From: Camelus ferus
Taxonomy: Eukaryota
Reading direction: 5' to 3'
DNA length: 64,000 nt
Assembly (NCBI RefSeq): GCF_009834535.1
Contig: NC_045697.1
Coordinates: 20,834,001 to 20,898,000 of the forward strand
Below the pieces are notes generated by a model, which ran no database searches, had not been told where the DNA came from, and saw only the letters and a list, made by a program, of their open reading frames with translations. Below are positions 14,228 to 27,500 of this stretch, in pieces. The translations under genes were made by a program, and so were the position numbers. Within the stretch, counting starts at the first letter, position 1; every line of letters begins with the position of its first letter.

Positions 14228-14600
14228 CTATATTATCTTGTGAAAAAAATAACAAAAACAGCAAAACTCCAAATCTTTGTGGTTTAACATTACAAAAGTT
14301 TGTCCTCACTTATGCAAATCTCTAAGGCAACTGTAGAGTGTGTAATGATGCTTTAACCTAAGCTTTGTTAATCTTGTAGCTTCGCCATTTCAACAACAAC
14401 CTCTCTCTCTGATTGCTGAAGCAGGGCGAAAGCACTGGTCTTACAGAACCAACAATTATTTTCCCCTGGAAAAGACATACATCATTTTCGTCTATACCAG
14501 TTGGTTAGAATTAGTCACATGGCCATGCCTAAAGGTGTGGAGAACCAATGTGCCCTGTAGGAGAACAGGGTATATGCGAGCAATAGAAGTTTCTACTCTA
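14228..14600 (-). mobile_element. MaLR LTR, old MLT1
   Basis: AAATCTTTGTGGTTTAACATTACAAAAGTTT and GGTTAGAATTAGTCACATGGCCATGCCTAA are reverse MLT1 motifs. Confidence 0.6.
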
Positions 14601-16176
14601 TTTGGGCGACAAAGGAAGCATTTAAATCAGTGACCAAAATCCTTGTCTGCATGGAAACAGTGTCCTAGGTCTTTAAGGGAATCATCTGCCTTTGGGAGCA
14701 AAGGTGTGTTATTCGGACATTTGAGCATGAGTAAATCAGAAGGTGAATTTTAAGTTTGACTTCCAAATTTACAAAATTAACATTGTCAGCCAGTCTGTGT
14801 CTTAAGTTCCTACTAACTTGCCCAGGACAAGATGGAAGCAGGGAGGAGGAGGAAACCTTTCTGCTACTATGACATTGGGAAGAGTCAAGGAGGCAAATGA
14901 AGGGGTCAGAGAAGCCCATGTTCTCATCCTTATCCCAGTGCTGCTGTGAGCCATGGGGATACTGCAAGCCTGTCTCCACGGGGTATAACAAATGATGTAC
15001 ACTAGAGCCAGCTCCTTCAGAATGAGAACATGTTTCAAAACACATCTCTTCCCTTATTTCACAGACATTTGAAACTCTGCATCAGGTAAATTCATGGGCA
15101 AATAACCTGATGGTATTAGGCAAATTGCCTCCAGTAAAATTAAAATGATACTAAAGGAACAAATTATAAACTAAATATGTAAATAAAATATGAAAAGAAG
15201 ACAATGTTGTAAGATCACATGTCGGTTCAAAGATATAGTGGCCAGACAATTCTAAAAATTTACTACGGCTCTCTGCACTTACTACTCAACTTCTATGTTT
15301 TCAGAGATGACCTTGGACCATCTTAAGAAGCCATTTTTTACCTGCAATTTCTTTATTGCTCCGTGACTTTCAGTTCCTTAAAAAAATCAATAGATGTATT
15401 CAAATAGCTAATACTACAATAGAAGACACTGTAATTGTTAGAAATTTGATTTCCCTTGCCATTATTAAGCTACTTGTCAAAAAACAGATTCCTATTTGTA
15501 TGAATAACTGTGATGCAGACACTTTGACTCAATTGTTTTAATATATTCTACATAGTTAAGTCCAATTCCTTAATTAGTTTTAATTTTCTAAGTCCCAGAA
15601 AAAATAATTGCTCATTTTTATTGTTTTTTCACCTTCTAATTCAAATGAAATATCATTTTGTGTCATATTACAATGCAAATTAATTATACTGCTTTAACAA
15701 AGGATAGTTGTTCATACTTTAATCTTAAATAGTTATGGTTTGAAGTTAAGTAGAGATACTTTTATTTGTGATGTATTATATTCAACATATAAATGTCACT
15801 ATATTTCTTTAATAAAATGTACATAAACATATGCATATATATATTCAGAAACTTATTTTAAAAGACTATTGTGATACATTTAAAGTTTTACAAATCTGTA
15901 TTATGAACTTACAACCTTATACCAAGTTCCACTAAGAAATGCATATAAAATTCAGGGTCTTTAAGGAAACTGGAATGAAAAGTGAGACCAGAAGGTAACA
16001 GGTGAAAAAATATTTTTAATACAAATCAGAGTAAACCAAGTGTTACGTGTTATGTGAAAAGGACATACAATGTACTGCAGAAAACAATTCATTTCTTCAA
16101 ATGTTAGTTGAGGTTTATTATATGGCAGATTCTTTGATAGGGTCCAGGGGTGCAATGATGATCAAAAGTGCGTGTT

Positions 16177-16436
16177 GAGGGGTGGAGAGTGGGAAGGGAT
16201 AGACTGGGATTTCAAAATTGTAGAATAGATAAACAAGATTGTACTGTATAGCATAGGGAAATATACACAAAACGTTATGGTAGCTCACAGAGAAAAAAAT
16301 GTGACAATGAGTGTGTATATGTCCATGTATGACTGAAAAATTGTGCTGAACAATGGAATTTGACACAATGTAAAATGATTATAAGTCAATAAAAAATGTT
16401 AAAAAAAATAAAGATAAAAGTAAAAATTGAAAAAAA
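16177..16436 (+). mobile_element. Young 5'-truncated LINE-1 3' end, camelid-type
   Basis: L1 3'UTR (GGGATAGACTGGGATTTCAAAATTGTAGAATAGATAAACAAGATT...GACTGAAAAATTGTGCTG) and A-rich tail, flanked by perfect TSD AAAAGTGCGTGTT at 16164-16176 and 16437-16449. Confidence 0.93.
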
Positions 16437-17716
16437 AAAAGTGCGTGTTAAGTCTTACTTCATAAAGCTTATAGCCTCCTGGGTGTGGCATCCGTCCACC
16501 CAATAGTCATGGACGGAGAGGTAAAGTGGCAACTTGGTTAAGCTGTCCAAGAGGTAATGGCCTAATTACAAAGCATATAGAAGGATTCCTCCAGAAGTAA
16601 TGGTTGGATCAAGAGGCAAAGAATGAGGAATAGGAATTAAATAGTCAATGAAGGAAGTAAAGAACATTCCAAGAAGAGAGAATATCATGTTCATGAGTCT
16701 TGTATTAAGGGGAGTGTAGGAGGTTCAAGAACTAAAGAAGGTCCTTGTTGTAACTGCAACAGTGAAGAGAGTAAGAAAATATTTAAGATAAGTTGGTATC
16801 TGCAGAAGCACACCTGCCCCTGTCTAAAGCAACTCTCTCATCCAAAGTCAAGCATCTAGTAAGAGTGAAAGATTCAGGTATTATTTATGCAGATATTAAG
16901 AATATTTATTTCCTATAGTTTCATAAAACTGGGGGAATCTCAAATGCACCCTGAGCTAGCCATCTCCTTTTCTTATAAGGGTCCAATGGAAGATACAATA
17001 AAAGAACAATGATGAAAAGAAAGTAAAATTCTGTTTTCAGATTTAACCTTTGTTCAATGTTAAAATTTAAATGAGGAGCTCTCTAGTAAACAAAAATGCA
17101 TCACTGAGTTATACGTGAACCCTTCCTACCAAAATGTAACCATATACTTTCTAGTTATTTTAATCAGAGGCCAAGCTAGTAAATTATTTCATATGAAGAT
17201 TATTAGTATAGGAGATAATTATTTTACTGGACTTAGTGCCATACACGAATGCATTTGTGATTTCTACCTAGAGCACTTATTAATCCAGGCACGTTCAAGA
17301 AGAAAGCAGAGTAGAACAAAGTGTGAATTGTCCCTGAAACTTTCCACTTACCATTTCTGTAGCATAGATTTAATATAGAAGACAGACCTAGAGAGTCACA
17401 GTCATGTGTATGACAATAAACAGAAAGCCTCCTCTTCAACAAGTGTGGCCCAATTCGAGTCTGAAATACAATCAATTGAATTTATATTGTCTTGTCTGGG
17501 GGACTAATGAGGAGTGGGCATGAGAATTTTAGTTCATCACTTTGAATAGGAGCCTGTGGAACTCAGTATCACTGGCAAACACTGTAGATAAAATAAATAG
17601 GGTATGAATTAACAAGGTGTTGAAAGGTGGTTAAGTGCATTCAAGACTTTTCTAAGGACAGTAATTAAATAGCTTTGTTATAAACAAATATGTAGATGTA
17701 AGGAATAAATGTATAC

Positions 17717-18471
17717 TGTTAAAGTAATTAAATGAAGATGTCTTTAGACTGGGGTGGCTCTAATGTTTTGTAGCTTACACAACAAACCAGAACCTAAGCC
17801 AGAGTCTGATGGTGGGGGTCTTCCGAAGCACACGAGCACCAGCTGGTCTTGAAGCTGGACCCAGGCAATTGCACACTATCTACCTTCTCCCCTGTCCTTG
17901 GAATTTATACTTTGCCTACCCTTTTCACAGCCAAAGCTATTTTCAAGAATACAAACCTGGGAGAGTGATGTGTTATTGAGTCCATCTGAACAGCATATGT
18001 GACTGAACCCAGTCAAGGTCTGTAAGTAAGCTTTTAAAATTCAGGCAGGCAGGTGCAGAGGTCTATTTGCCTTGTGATCACCCAAGACAAACCTTGTAAG
18101 TTCCTTTGCTTGTTAACCCTGACACCTACCACCTCCTGGAGCAGTCTGGCTCTTTATTCAGTCTTTCACTGACCTCCGTCTATGCGGGCCAGTTCACAAA
18201 CCACCAGTCAATGAACTTGAATGTTAGAAGATGAAACTTAAGAATAACCAATAATAAATCATCAATGGGACTTTCCCAGATAAGGCAGCTGCCTACGCTA
18301 TTGCCAATCCATTTCCTTGCTTTGTTTCCAAATCTCTATAAAAACCTCTCACTTAGTTCCCAGATCCTAAAACTTCCTAACCAATTTGGCTTTCATACTG
18401 CCTGATTCAAAACTATACATGCTCAGATAAACTCTTGAAAATTTTAAAGTGCCTCAGCCTATCTTTTAACA
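17717..18471 (+). mobile_element. ERV1 solo LTR (MER57/MER4-group-like), interrupted by a second LTR
   Basis: Starts TGTTAAAGTAATTAAATG and ends ATCTTTTAACA (terminal inverted TGTTAAA/TTTAACA). 4-bp TSD ATAC at 17713-17716 and 18472-18475. TATAAAA at ~18338. Confidence 0.85.
17807..18206 (+). mobile_element. Solo LTR related to the 3' LTR of the provirus at 48775-49151
   Basis: TG...CA, ~400 bp. Shares colinear blocks with 48775-49151 (GGCAATTG, ATTTTCAAG, TGACTG(A/G)ACCCAGT, CTTTTAA, TTGTAAGTTCCTTTGCT, CACCTACCA, CCTGGAG, CAGTCT). AGTC occurs on both sides. Confidence 0.85.
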
Positions 18472-21127
18472 ATACTATTTAATGATTAATGGAAAACATA
18501 AAATATATTAGTATGGGCACAGAGGTTACTTCATGATGATCACGAATTTCAACTACAGAAGGGATAATACAAACAAAATAATGGATAAAACAAACATCAC
18601 TGATAGTGTAGTTAAATACCATATTAAATTATTCTTTTTCTGCCATTATTTTCCTATTTCTCTTCCATTCAGTTGAGCAGATAGCAAATATAAGCTTTCT
18701 TGCTCCAGGGAAAGTTTAGTTCCAAGAATCTAAATTCATGTTTAAGATTGTGCTCAATACTTCTGAGAGAGATTAATGGAATGCACCAGAGAGTTTTAAG
18801 GAAAGGAGAAGACAGACTTTTCCTCTGAGCTTAATGATTCTCTGAGATGGGGGAGAAGAACAGATAAAAGTCATGCGTAGTACTCTAAACACAAGGGACA
18901 TGTGACTTGTTCCCTGAGTCTCAAGGATAATGTAAAGTATAAAAAAATTAACAGTTTTGGCTTGAAGCTTGTTGACTGGGGTAGCTTGACAAAAGAGAGA
19001 CATACAAAAAGAAAAGCTGCCAGAAATGAAGGATTGCACAAATCAGGGCTATGGAGGTCTCAAGAACAATCTGTATAGCCAGATAGCTGCACAGAAAGGC
19101 CAATGCCTTCGTCACCTCCACCCATCCAGACTTTGGCACCAGGATCACAGAACAGTGGCACAACCATAGCCACAGAGGATAACAGGAAGGGCTGACATCA
19201 AAGGTTCTTTCAGAAAAATCGAAAAGGAAGCATGCAATGAGAAGTTAAGCCACATACATGAGTTTGAGAATCATGGCTCCTTCCCGCTACTACTCATGCA
19301 AATAGCATTTGGAAAACTAAGATTCAGAATAAATAATGGACTGTAAAATATACTGCAAATTAGGAGGTGGGGAAAGTATCATTTTGCTTAGAGCTTGAAG
19401 GATAAAGCAGAGAGGACATTGACTCCTTAGTGGTAAGGATACAGTATATTCATGCTGTGTAACTCTGGACCATGTACTCTTAGGCATCTGTTGGCAAGTA
19501 GGAAAACAAAGATAGGAAGCAAGGGGACTATCCTGTTCCCTCTGGAAGCATCTTGTTACAAACTGAAATAAGAGGAAGTAGATAGATATAGATTCATCCA
19601 ATTGGGGGTATGGCATAGAGAATCTGATCTATATGCCCTAAGGAATCTCAGAGAGTAATGGCTCCATACCCCATTATTTTACACAAGATTGTATTTCTTA
19701 TAAAATATAAACTAGGAAGGTTAATATATGTTTGTTTTGTGATATTTTACTAGGAACAGATATGCTTTCTTATTTCTACTTCTACATCATCCCGCAGCTG
19801 CCATGTGATTTCCAACTTCCTTTTGCTATACTACTCCATTGGAAGCTCAGGCACATTAACCTTTAGCATTGCCTAAATACCACTGTCTTCTCAGCCTTAT
19901 TGAATTCAAAGTCTCCTACATAAACTGCTAGGAGACTTGCAGTTGCAGATAAAGTGGCTTGCTCTTTAAAGGTTAGCTATGGACCTATTCTTGTGACCTA
20001 ATAATTGCTCAGAAGACTTTAGCAGTTATTAGGTAAAACAAATCAATACCAAGGAAATCAATATTAAAGAGAAAATTAAAAAAGATTAGACTTAATTATT
20101 ATTGGATCTTTTTTCTACCTTAAAAATGAATGGTTGTTCAAAAGCTCCATTACCTATCTTTCTCCAAAACAATTTTGTTTATCACTGTATGTGTGTTTAT
20201 CATGGAGTTGCCACGGTCTAGTCTTTCTCTTCTTAACTAAAAAAAAATTTTTTTATATAAAGAATAGCTGTTTATAGAAGTATTGTTATAAAAAGCAAAA
20301 CAAACAGAAAAAAGTAATCAGAGTATTACTTCTCACAGTTAAGGCAACTAATGCCCTAGTATCACAAAATCCTTTACAAAAGGAGATGGCTTAATAAATT
20401 CTACATCAGGGATTTTTGTTTGTTTTTGGTAATTTTTTTTAAGTTTATGCATTTAATTTTTCCATTTTTATTAAATTTTATGAGTACTAATAAAATACTA
20501 ATAATTTTATACTTGCCACAGGCCCTTCACATCAATTCTTACAACTTACTATTTTGTCAGTCACCTTTGAACTAAGGTTTCTCAAATACCAACAAAACAT
20601 ATCTATGTTTCACCCAAACTGAACCATAGATATACAATAGCAAAGGATTTTGATATTTTATTCTATGCTTTTATTCATGCTCTTAGGTTTAGAAGTACGG
20701 AATTCCCTCTGTCCTTTCTCTCATTTGGTGAACTTCCCAAAGTGTAAAAAAGGTTGCATATACTAGGGGACTAGGTGAGATGCCCAGATGGAGGGAAAAC
20801 TGTCGCTGGTGGGAATTGGCTGGACCACATCTTTGTTTGCTGTAGCCTAATTGATAGGAAGCTAGATATCACACATAGATCCCCAGTATCTGAAGAGCTA
20901 TCTGAGCAGGAGTAGCAGTGGTTTTCTCCCTTTCATAGATTCCCTAATGTCCAGAAATTTTCAGTAATTTAACATGGCATTTATCCATGCAAATCCAAAC
21001 TATAACTCAAACCAAAAGCTACATGTTTTTGAAGGACAACAAAGCATCCTTTAATTAACTTGTATATACTTACATACTTTTCTTTATTGGTTTCTCTGAC
21101 TTCCATAAATCTGCAGTAGTTTATAAT

Positions 21128-21290
21128 CATGCTACTCAATGTGAGGTCTGAGGACCAGCACGATTGGCATCAATTAGATTTGACAGACATGCAGAATCTT
21201 AGGTGTTACCTGAAACCCGCTGGATAAGAATCTCTATTTTTTAACAAGATGTCCAGGTAATTCATTAGCACATGAAAGTGGAAAAAGCAC
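21128..21290. mobile_element. MER5A-like DNA transposon fossil
   Basis: CTCAATGTGAGGTCTGAGGACCAGCA...GGCATCA...ATGCAGAATCTTAGG...AGAATCTCTATTTTTTAACAAGATGTCCAGGTAATTCA. Confidence 0.8.
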
Positions 21291-21399
21291 ATATGTTGAA
21301 GTTATTCCTGGTATATAAATGTCAACTATGGCTTCCAAGACCTCAAACCGGCATTCAGTTTGTAACAGGCTGTGTATCTCAGTTATTACTCCCATTCCT

Positions 21400-21720
21400 T
21401 AGAAAAATATCATTGTGTAACTGACATATGCAAGGATGCTTCTAGGTTCTGTGAATTCAGCAGTGATAGACAGATACAAAATCATCTGCTCTTATGAACT
21501 TACATTCTAAAGGAAAAGAGAGTTACTAAAAACACAAAACAAGTAAAGTATTTAGAATGTTAGTGGAAAAAAATATGGAATTAAATAATTTATTGGGAAA
21601 GGAGAGGAAGGTGGTGGGGTGAAATTTTAGATAGTATGACTAAAGAAGATCTTACTACAAGTTCTAATAAATTCCTGTAGGAACTGAGGCAGCAAGTTTA
21701 AAGGATATTTGGAAGAAAAA
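21400..21720 (-). mobile_element. L2 LINE 3' fragment
   Basis: ATGCAAGGATGCTTCTAGGTTCTGTGAATTCAGCAGTGA...CTGCTCTTATGAACTTACATTCTA is typical of the reverse L2 3' end. Confidence 0.65.
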
Positions 21721-23234
21721 ACGTAAACAATTTATGGGATAAGATGCTTTATATTAAGCCTGGAATACTTGATTAGCGCTACTTCCAAGGGCAGAAAAAT
21801 AATAATATAAAATATTAAGGGAAATGACTTTTTCCTGAGTGACTATTAGTTGCAGTTATTGTGATAACTAATTTATTGATATTGTCTCCTTTAGTTACCA
21901 TGACAACTACACTGGATAAACATTATTATCTTGATGAGACAGAGTCTCAAAGAAATTGGCTAACTTGCCAAATATAGCTTGAAATACATGAATTAATATT
22001 TAAATGCCAAATCCATCTGCCTCAAGAGCCCATGCTATTTCCTCTAATTCTCCGTGTGTAACCCCCTCATAACTAGGATCAGGTTTAATTTGAAAGCAAA
22101 CAAAAAGCCCTATTTCTTAATAAGCTGAAAAGTGTGATTACAAAACTGAATCAAGAAAAATATATTACTGACTTCCTTTGTTTCCAGAACATATGAGGGA
22201 AGATAAAAGGCTTAAACGTAATACTGACCATATTGTCATTTTGAATCAGCAATTTTAGCATTTGGGCAAAAATATCAGCAGTGGGATTTTTTTTCAAAAC
22301 CTTATGTTGCTTCCCTCTGACCTATGTTTTAGATTCATTAGTTCAGTTTTGGGGTTCAGGTATCCTTTCTATAATCAAAAGTCCCATAAGTAATTCTGAT
22401 GTATGATAATATGTGACAGTCACTGGCGTAAGCTTTTAAAGAACCTGATCAAAATCATCCAAAAGCAATTTCACCTTGGAGGAAATTAACAGAGACAAGA
22501 TTGGTTGAGAGTCTCGTCCACGTCCTTTTCTATTAAGGACAATACATCTGCCAATAAATAAGCTAAATTACCTTTGTAAACTCTATATCAACTCTGGCCT
22601 GGATAGTGTGCAATTTCCTCTGCAGTGTGCTTCCAGATAGTCCATACTGATTGGACAGTATCAATCTTACAAACTGCATTCATCAGGTGTTATTCAAAAG
22701 GATATGTGATGTGATCAAGGAATAAGAAGAATGAGTTGGAACACTGGAAATAGAATATTCCAAACTCTATTTAGTAAAGTTTAAATGGATTAGATATATA
22801 TTTGTACATTCAGTTTCTTCAGCTGTTTACCTATCTAAATTAAAAAAAAATTCTATATGACACAACTTTAATTTTATAGAGTTCTGTCACTTTGGATTGT
22901 ATTTGAACTTTTAATTCAAAGTCCTTGAAGAAAAATCTGCTTTAATGTAAATTTACTTTGTGACTGACAACTTGACAAGAAATAGCAGAATTGTGAAAAT
23001 TTGAGGATATTGTCACAAGACTATCATTGAAACTAGACAAACAATAGTGATATTATAAAGAAGGTCACTTACTGTGATTTTTGGAATTAAAACTTATCCA
23101 AGAGTATACAGTTCCACTATGGATAGTGAAAGCAATTTATTGCTGCTTTTCAGTATTGGAAAAGAAAAAGTTCATGCTGTCATTGATTGACCTTTAAAAA
23201 GAAAAATGTAGCTAGCTTACAGGTAATAAGAAAG

Positions 23235-23236
<2 letters not shown>

Positions 23237-23298
<62 letters not shown>
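23237..23298. repeat. (AT)~31 microsatellite
   Basis: Uninterrupted AT dinucleotide run. Confidence 0.98.
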
Positions 23299-23302
<4 letters not shown>

Positions 23303-24490
23303 GTCACCTTTACAAGTAGACTTTCTTCATTTGAGTTCATTGCATAGGTTTTTCACTATAATCTGATTGAATAAACTAATCACTGCCAAGTCATATTACC
23401 ATAATGGATATGTGGTTCCTTTTTTGCAAAAATAAAATTATAAAGTAGGAAGACTTTTTTTTTTAAATGTAAGTCATAATTTCTTCATTTGATAAATAAT
23501 GCGGCATAGAAAATATGTAATAAATGCTATCATTTATAAAAAACTAAAAGCCTCATTTTAAAAGAGTAATATTGTTGAATATCTTTGCAGCTGTAAGTTT
23601 AACCAAATTCTCTTTTTGGTAGAAAATATAATTATGTAGCATAAAGACAATGAAAGATATAAAAGTTTCCATGAAAAATGATCATAATCATGGTCAGTTT
23701 TTGCAATTGAATAAGGAATGATTGTCTTGGAAGTATGACATTTTTCCTATTTAAAGTTACCATCATATGTTTTTCCTCTTTTATCTTCTTTTCAGATCTT
23801 CACTTTTTTTTGTTGTATCATATATTTTATGGAACACTAAATAATGAAAAATACCCAGTTGTGCCATGCTACCTTATATTATTTTTTTATTTCAAATTTT
23901 AGCTTAATTTTATCTGGTTAGATAAAATTAACAAGCTTATTGTATTCACAGACTCCATAAACTACTTGTTTGCACAAACAGAATGTACTTATTTTTGAAC
24001 ACCAATTTTACTTCCAACATTTAGTTCTTTATCTCTTGGCTTTTCTAGTTCAATCTGAAATTCTGAATTAGAGTACATGAGTTTTATGAGGTCTGATCAT
24101 AAAGAAGATGACATTTAAAATTATAAGCCTAGTAAAAATATGAACTTAGTTTCTGACACATTTACATTAGGCGATATCAAATAAATGTTTTGATTTGTTA
24201 AACTCATTATATTTTATTTTTAAAATGAGGATTTAGTGATGATATCTTTTAAAACATAATTTCTGCCAATTGGTACAGAACCTAATGCCAGACCCTTTCT
24301 CAAAAGGTCTCCCAGCTTTAAGTTTGAGTTAATTTATGTTAATTAGGTTTGAATTCTCTTGAATTCATTGCTCTTTCTTTCTTTGAAAGTTGAAGGTAAG
24401 CATCTTCTTATAAGGCTTCAGGGATTTTATATTTTGCTGTGTGGTTTGATTTATATTTTAATACTTCTTCTAAGTTTTGCAAATCTGCTA

Positions 24491-24886
24491 TGTTGTTGCC
24501 AGCTATAGGCCCAGCTTGTACCATGGTATCCTTCAATGACCTGAACTTACAAAACCCAGGGTCCTCAAAAGATTACATCAGCAAGGTAGCCTTCTGTGAT
24601 AGGGAACACTTCTTGCTCAGTTTATTCAAACACCTTTATAGAAACCAAGTGCAACCTCTTAAAGTCCAACATCTCAAACCTCAAACATCCTTATAGAGGC
24701 CAAGGCCTAATTGTACAAAACATCTGTACTGCTCAAACCCACATTTAAAAAGCCAACTGAAGATTTATCTTTTGACTTGCCTATGTGATTATCCATAATA
24801 TTCTCTGCTTAGTACCTCTAGGCAAAGAGTCATTTAAACATGCTTTTCTTCATAATCTCCCTCAGTTTCCCTTATATCTTATTACA
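24491..24886 (+). mobile_element. Probable old solo LTR (ERV1-like)
   Basis: ~395-bp C-rich block starting TGTTG and ending CCCTTATATCTTATTACA. No clear TSD and family not identified. Confidence 0.4.
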
Positions 24887-25214
24887 AAAGACTGGTGGAA
24901 ATGAGTTAGTATGGGCATGTTTATCTCGATATCCACCTTGTTTTCCAATATTTCTGCAGGCTATCTATGGAAGATGCATAAAGGGAACCTACTTGGAGTC
25001 ACGGGAAGTTGGAATTTAGGACTTTAGGTATATTTTCAAAGATATGTGCTGTCTTCACATCTATTCTACCAGGCTGAAATCTAACTGCGTTTTTATCAGA
25101 GAATGGCAGTCAATTTTATCAGAGTTATTTGCAATAACATATATTCTGATATTTTACTGGCTTATTGCAGTAAAAATGTACTTCTCATTTAATACACCAT
25201 CCAACATGGGTAGA

Positions 25215-25530
25215 AGGAAGAAGTATCCAAGGGACCAGGGCTCTGCTCTACACAGGGCCAAATTTTTCCATCCTGTGTCTCCACCGTCCTAAATGCACTT
25301 AGTGTCCTCTGCATTCAATCAGTCAATGGAGAAAGAGAGTCAGAGTTCTGGAAGGAAAGTGTGCATGGGACAGTCCTGAAAGTAATGCCCGTCAGGTTCA
25401 CTCATTAACTCTACTGACAACTGACAAAATCCGAGTCACATGGCCACATCTAGAAAGTGAGAGATGCAATGCATCCCAGCTAAGCACCTGGATTAGCTGC
25501 TAAGGACCCTTACTGATGGGCACTGGCAAT
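25215..25530 (-). mobile_element. MaLR LTR fragment, old MLT1
   Basis: GGGACCAGGGCTC...CTCTGCATTCA...AGTCACATGGCCACATCTA are reverse MLT1J/K-type motifs. Confidence 0.55.
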
Positions 25531-27500
25531 CTCAATTGTGAGTTTTATGGTTGAGGTTTCTATTTGTCATATATATTTACGTATCTGTACATATTCTTTC
25601 TCTCTGACTCTGTTCAGCTTTAACTAGGTCTTGTGTGACCTGTCAAACACAGATGTAAAGACTGTAATCTATTTAACTAACCCATCACTATTACTTGGGA
25701 ACTTTGTAGACCAGTATTTAATTTTAACTCTAAAATTCAACCTGTTAAGCTAAAAATCCCTTTAGAATGTGCTGATGTGTTGTTCTACCTTCCATCCCCT
25801 CTTTTTAATGAGATGAATTATAAGATAAATGAAAAAAGCAAAATGGGATCTCTGTTTCCACTGAGAAGACTTCTTAACAAGAATTGCATAAATGTTAAGG
25901 TAAAGTCTCCTATATGGGACTTGGTAGTTTCTTTGGAAGACATGAAGAGGAATTATTTTTGTCTTACTCTTCTGTATCAATTTCAATTAATAGTCATATT
26001 TAGACACAAATTCTGGTGTTTAGTGATGGGCCTACATTAATTGTAAAAATAAATGAAATAAATAAAACTTGACCACTACATAATTATTCAATAACTGTAA
26101 TAACCAGCTGAATCTTTAAGGTTCTGTATGTTCATAAATGTTTAATATTAGCTTTTATATCCTCATGAAATTACTGATCTAACAGAGAAACTTAACGTAG
26201 AAACATAACATGATTACTTGTATCAACATGCTGAGTATAATTTACTAGATAGGGCATGTTGGCTAACAACTATATCAACTAACACAAAATTTCAGTGGCA
26301 ACAAATATTTATTGAACTAAATTGAGTTCCGCATTTCTTACCTTTGGAATGTCAGGCATTCTTGGAATACACTAAGGCACTCAAATTTACCAAAAAAATA
26401 TATTTTAAAAGAGGACAATTGCAGTTTAAACTGCTAGAAATATCTCTTTTAATATACACAATTCTTAATAGCACCATTTCATAAAGACTTGTTTGGGGCT
26501 GTGAATGATACAAAAGAACATGAAAATGAATGAAGCCAAGAGACAGCAGTATTAAAGAGGAGAGAATTATATTTGCTTTAATAGTTACCTAAACAAATGG
26601 CTCAGTATTGAGGGAAAGATAAGGGAGGACTGAATTATATAATTTAACATTTGATTCTTTTAAATAAGAACCAAAATTATTTAACTTTATATATTTAAAT
26701 TTTTTTTTTTACCAGTTACTAAAAACTGATTAAGTCTGTTAGGTTGGTCATGCTGGTTCTTTGAAAATTTTAAAAGTCTTCTTAGTCTCTTAAGTACAAG
26801 AAATTGAAGGAAAAATATGAACTTTGTAATGTTTATAAGTAAGATAGTCTCAGACTTCTTACAATTATCCTTATTCACTTTTCAAGTAAATATATGGAAT
26901 TCAAACTATTCATTGATTTTTGATTTAATCAACGGCATGATATTTAACTAATGAAGATGCAAGAGAGGACAACACAGCATTTGGTCATAAAAACACTAGG
27001 TTTACAACCCAATATTTATGCAAAAAGAAAATTATTTCAAAGTGTCATGGAAAGCAAAACATATCTGAAGTCTTGTCACAATATCTAAAGATGAAACTCG
27101 TGTAATAACAAAAGGAAACCTACAGATGCAATGGAGTGTATCTCAGATATTGCTTATGCATTACATTGAATATGCAGCCTCACACTGTATTCTAGCTATT
27201 GGTACTATGACCAAATTTATGTTGATACATCTTGAAATCCCTCACCTCAGTCTAAAACAACGCTTATTTTTTTTAGCTCAGCTATGTTTTTGTGCTGCAT
27301 GAATGGAATGCAGCAGAAAATGACTTAAAGCTCAGTGTAGCAACCTGGAAGTGTAGTGGCCTGGCAGGGGTAGGGGTGGGGCAAATGATTGTCAAAGGGA
27401 CATAAGATACAAAAGATTCTTCTGTTTCTGTTTTCCAGTAGGATTGTCCTGAGTCATATCTCTTGGGTTTCTCACATCCTCCCAAGGGGTTGAGTAATTT

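Noticed and set aside
14665..15045. 126-aa minus-strand ORF
   Set aside because: GTG start, no homology I can recognise, and no supporting splice or promoter context.
15080..15112. Inverted repeat CATCAGGT...ACCTGATG
   Set aside because: 8-bp stem only; too short for a miRNA or MITE and expected by chance.
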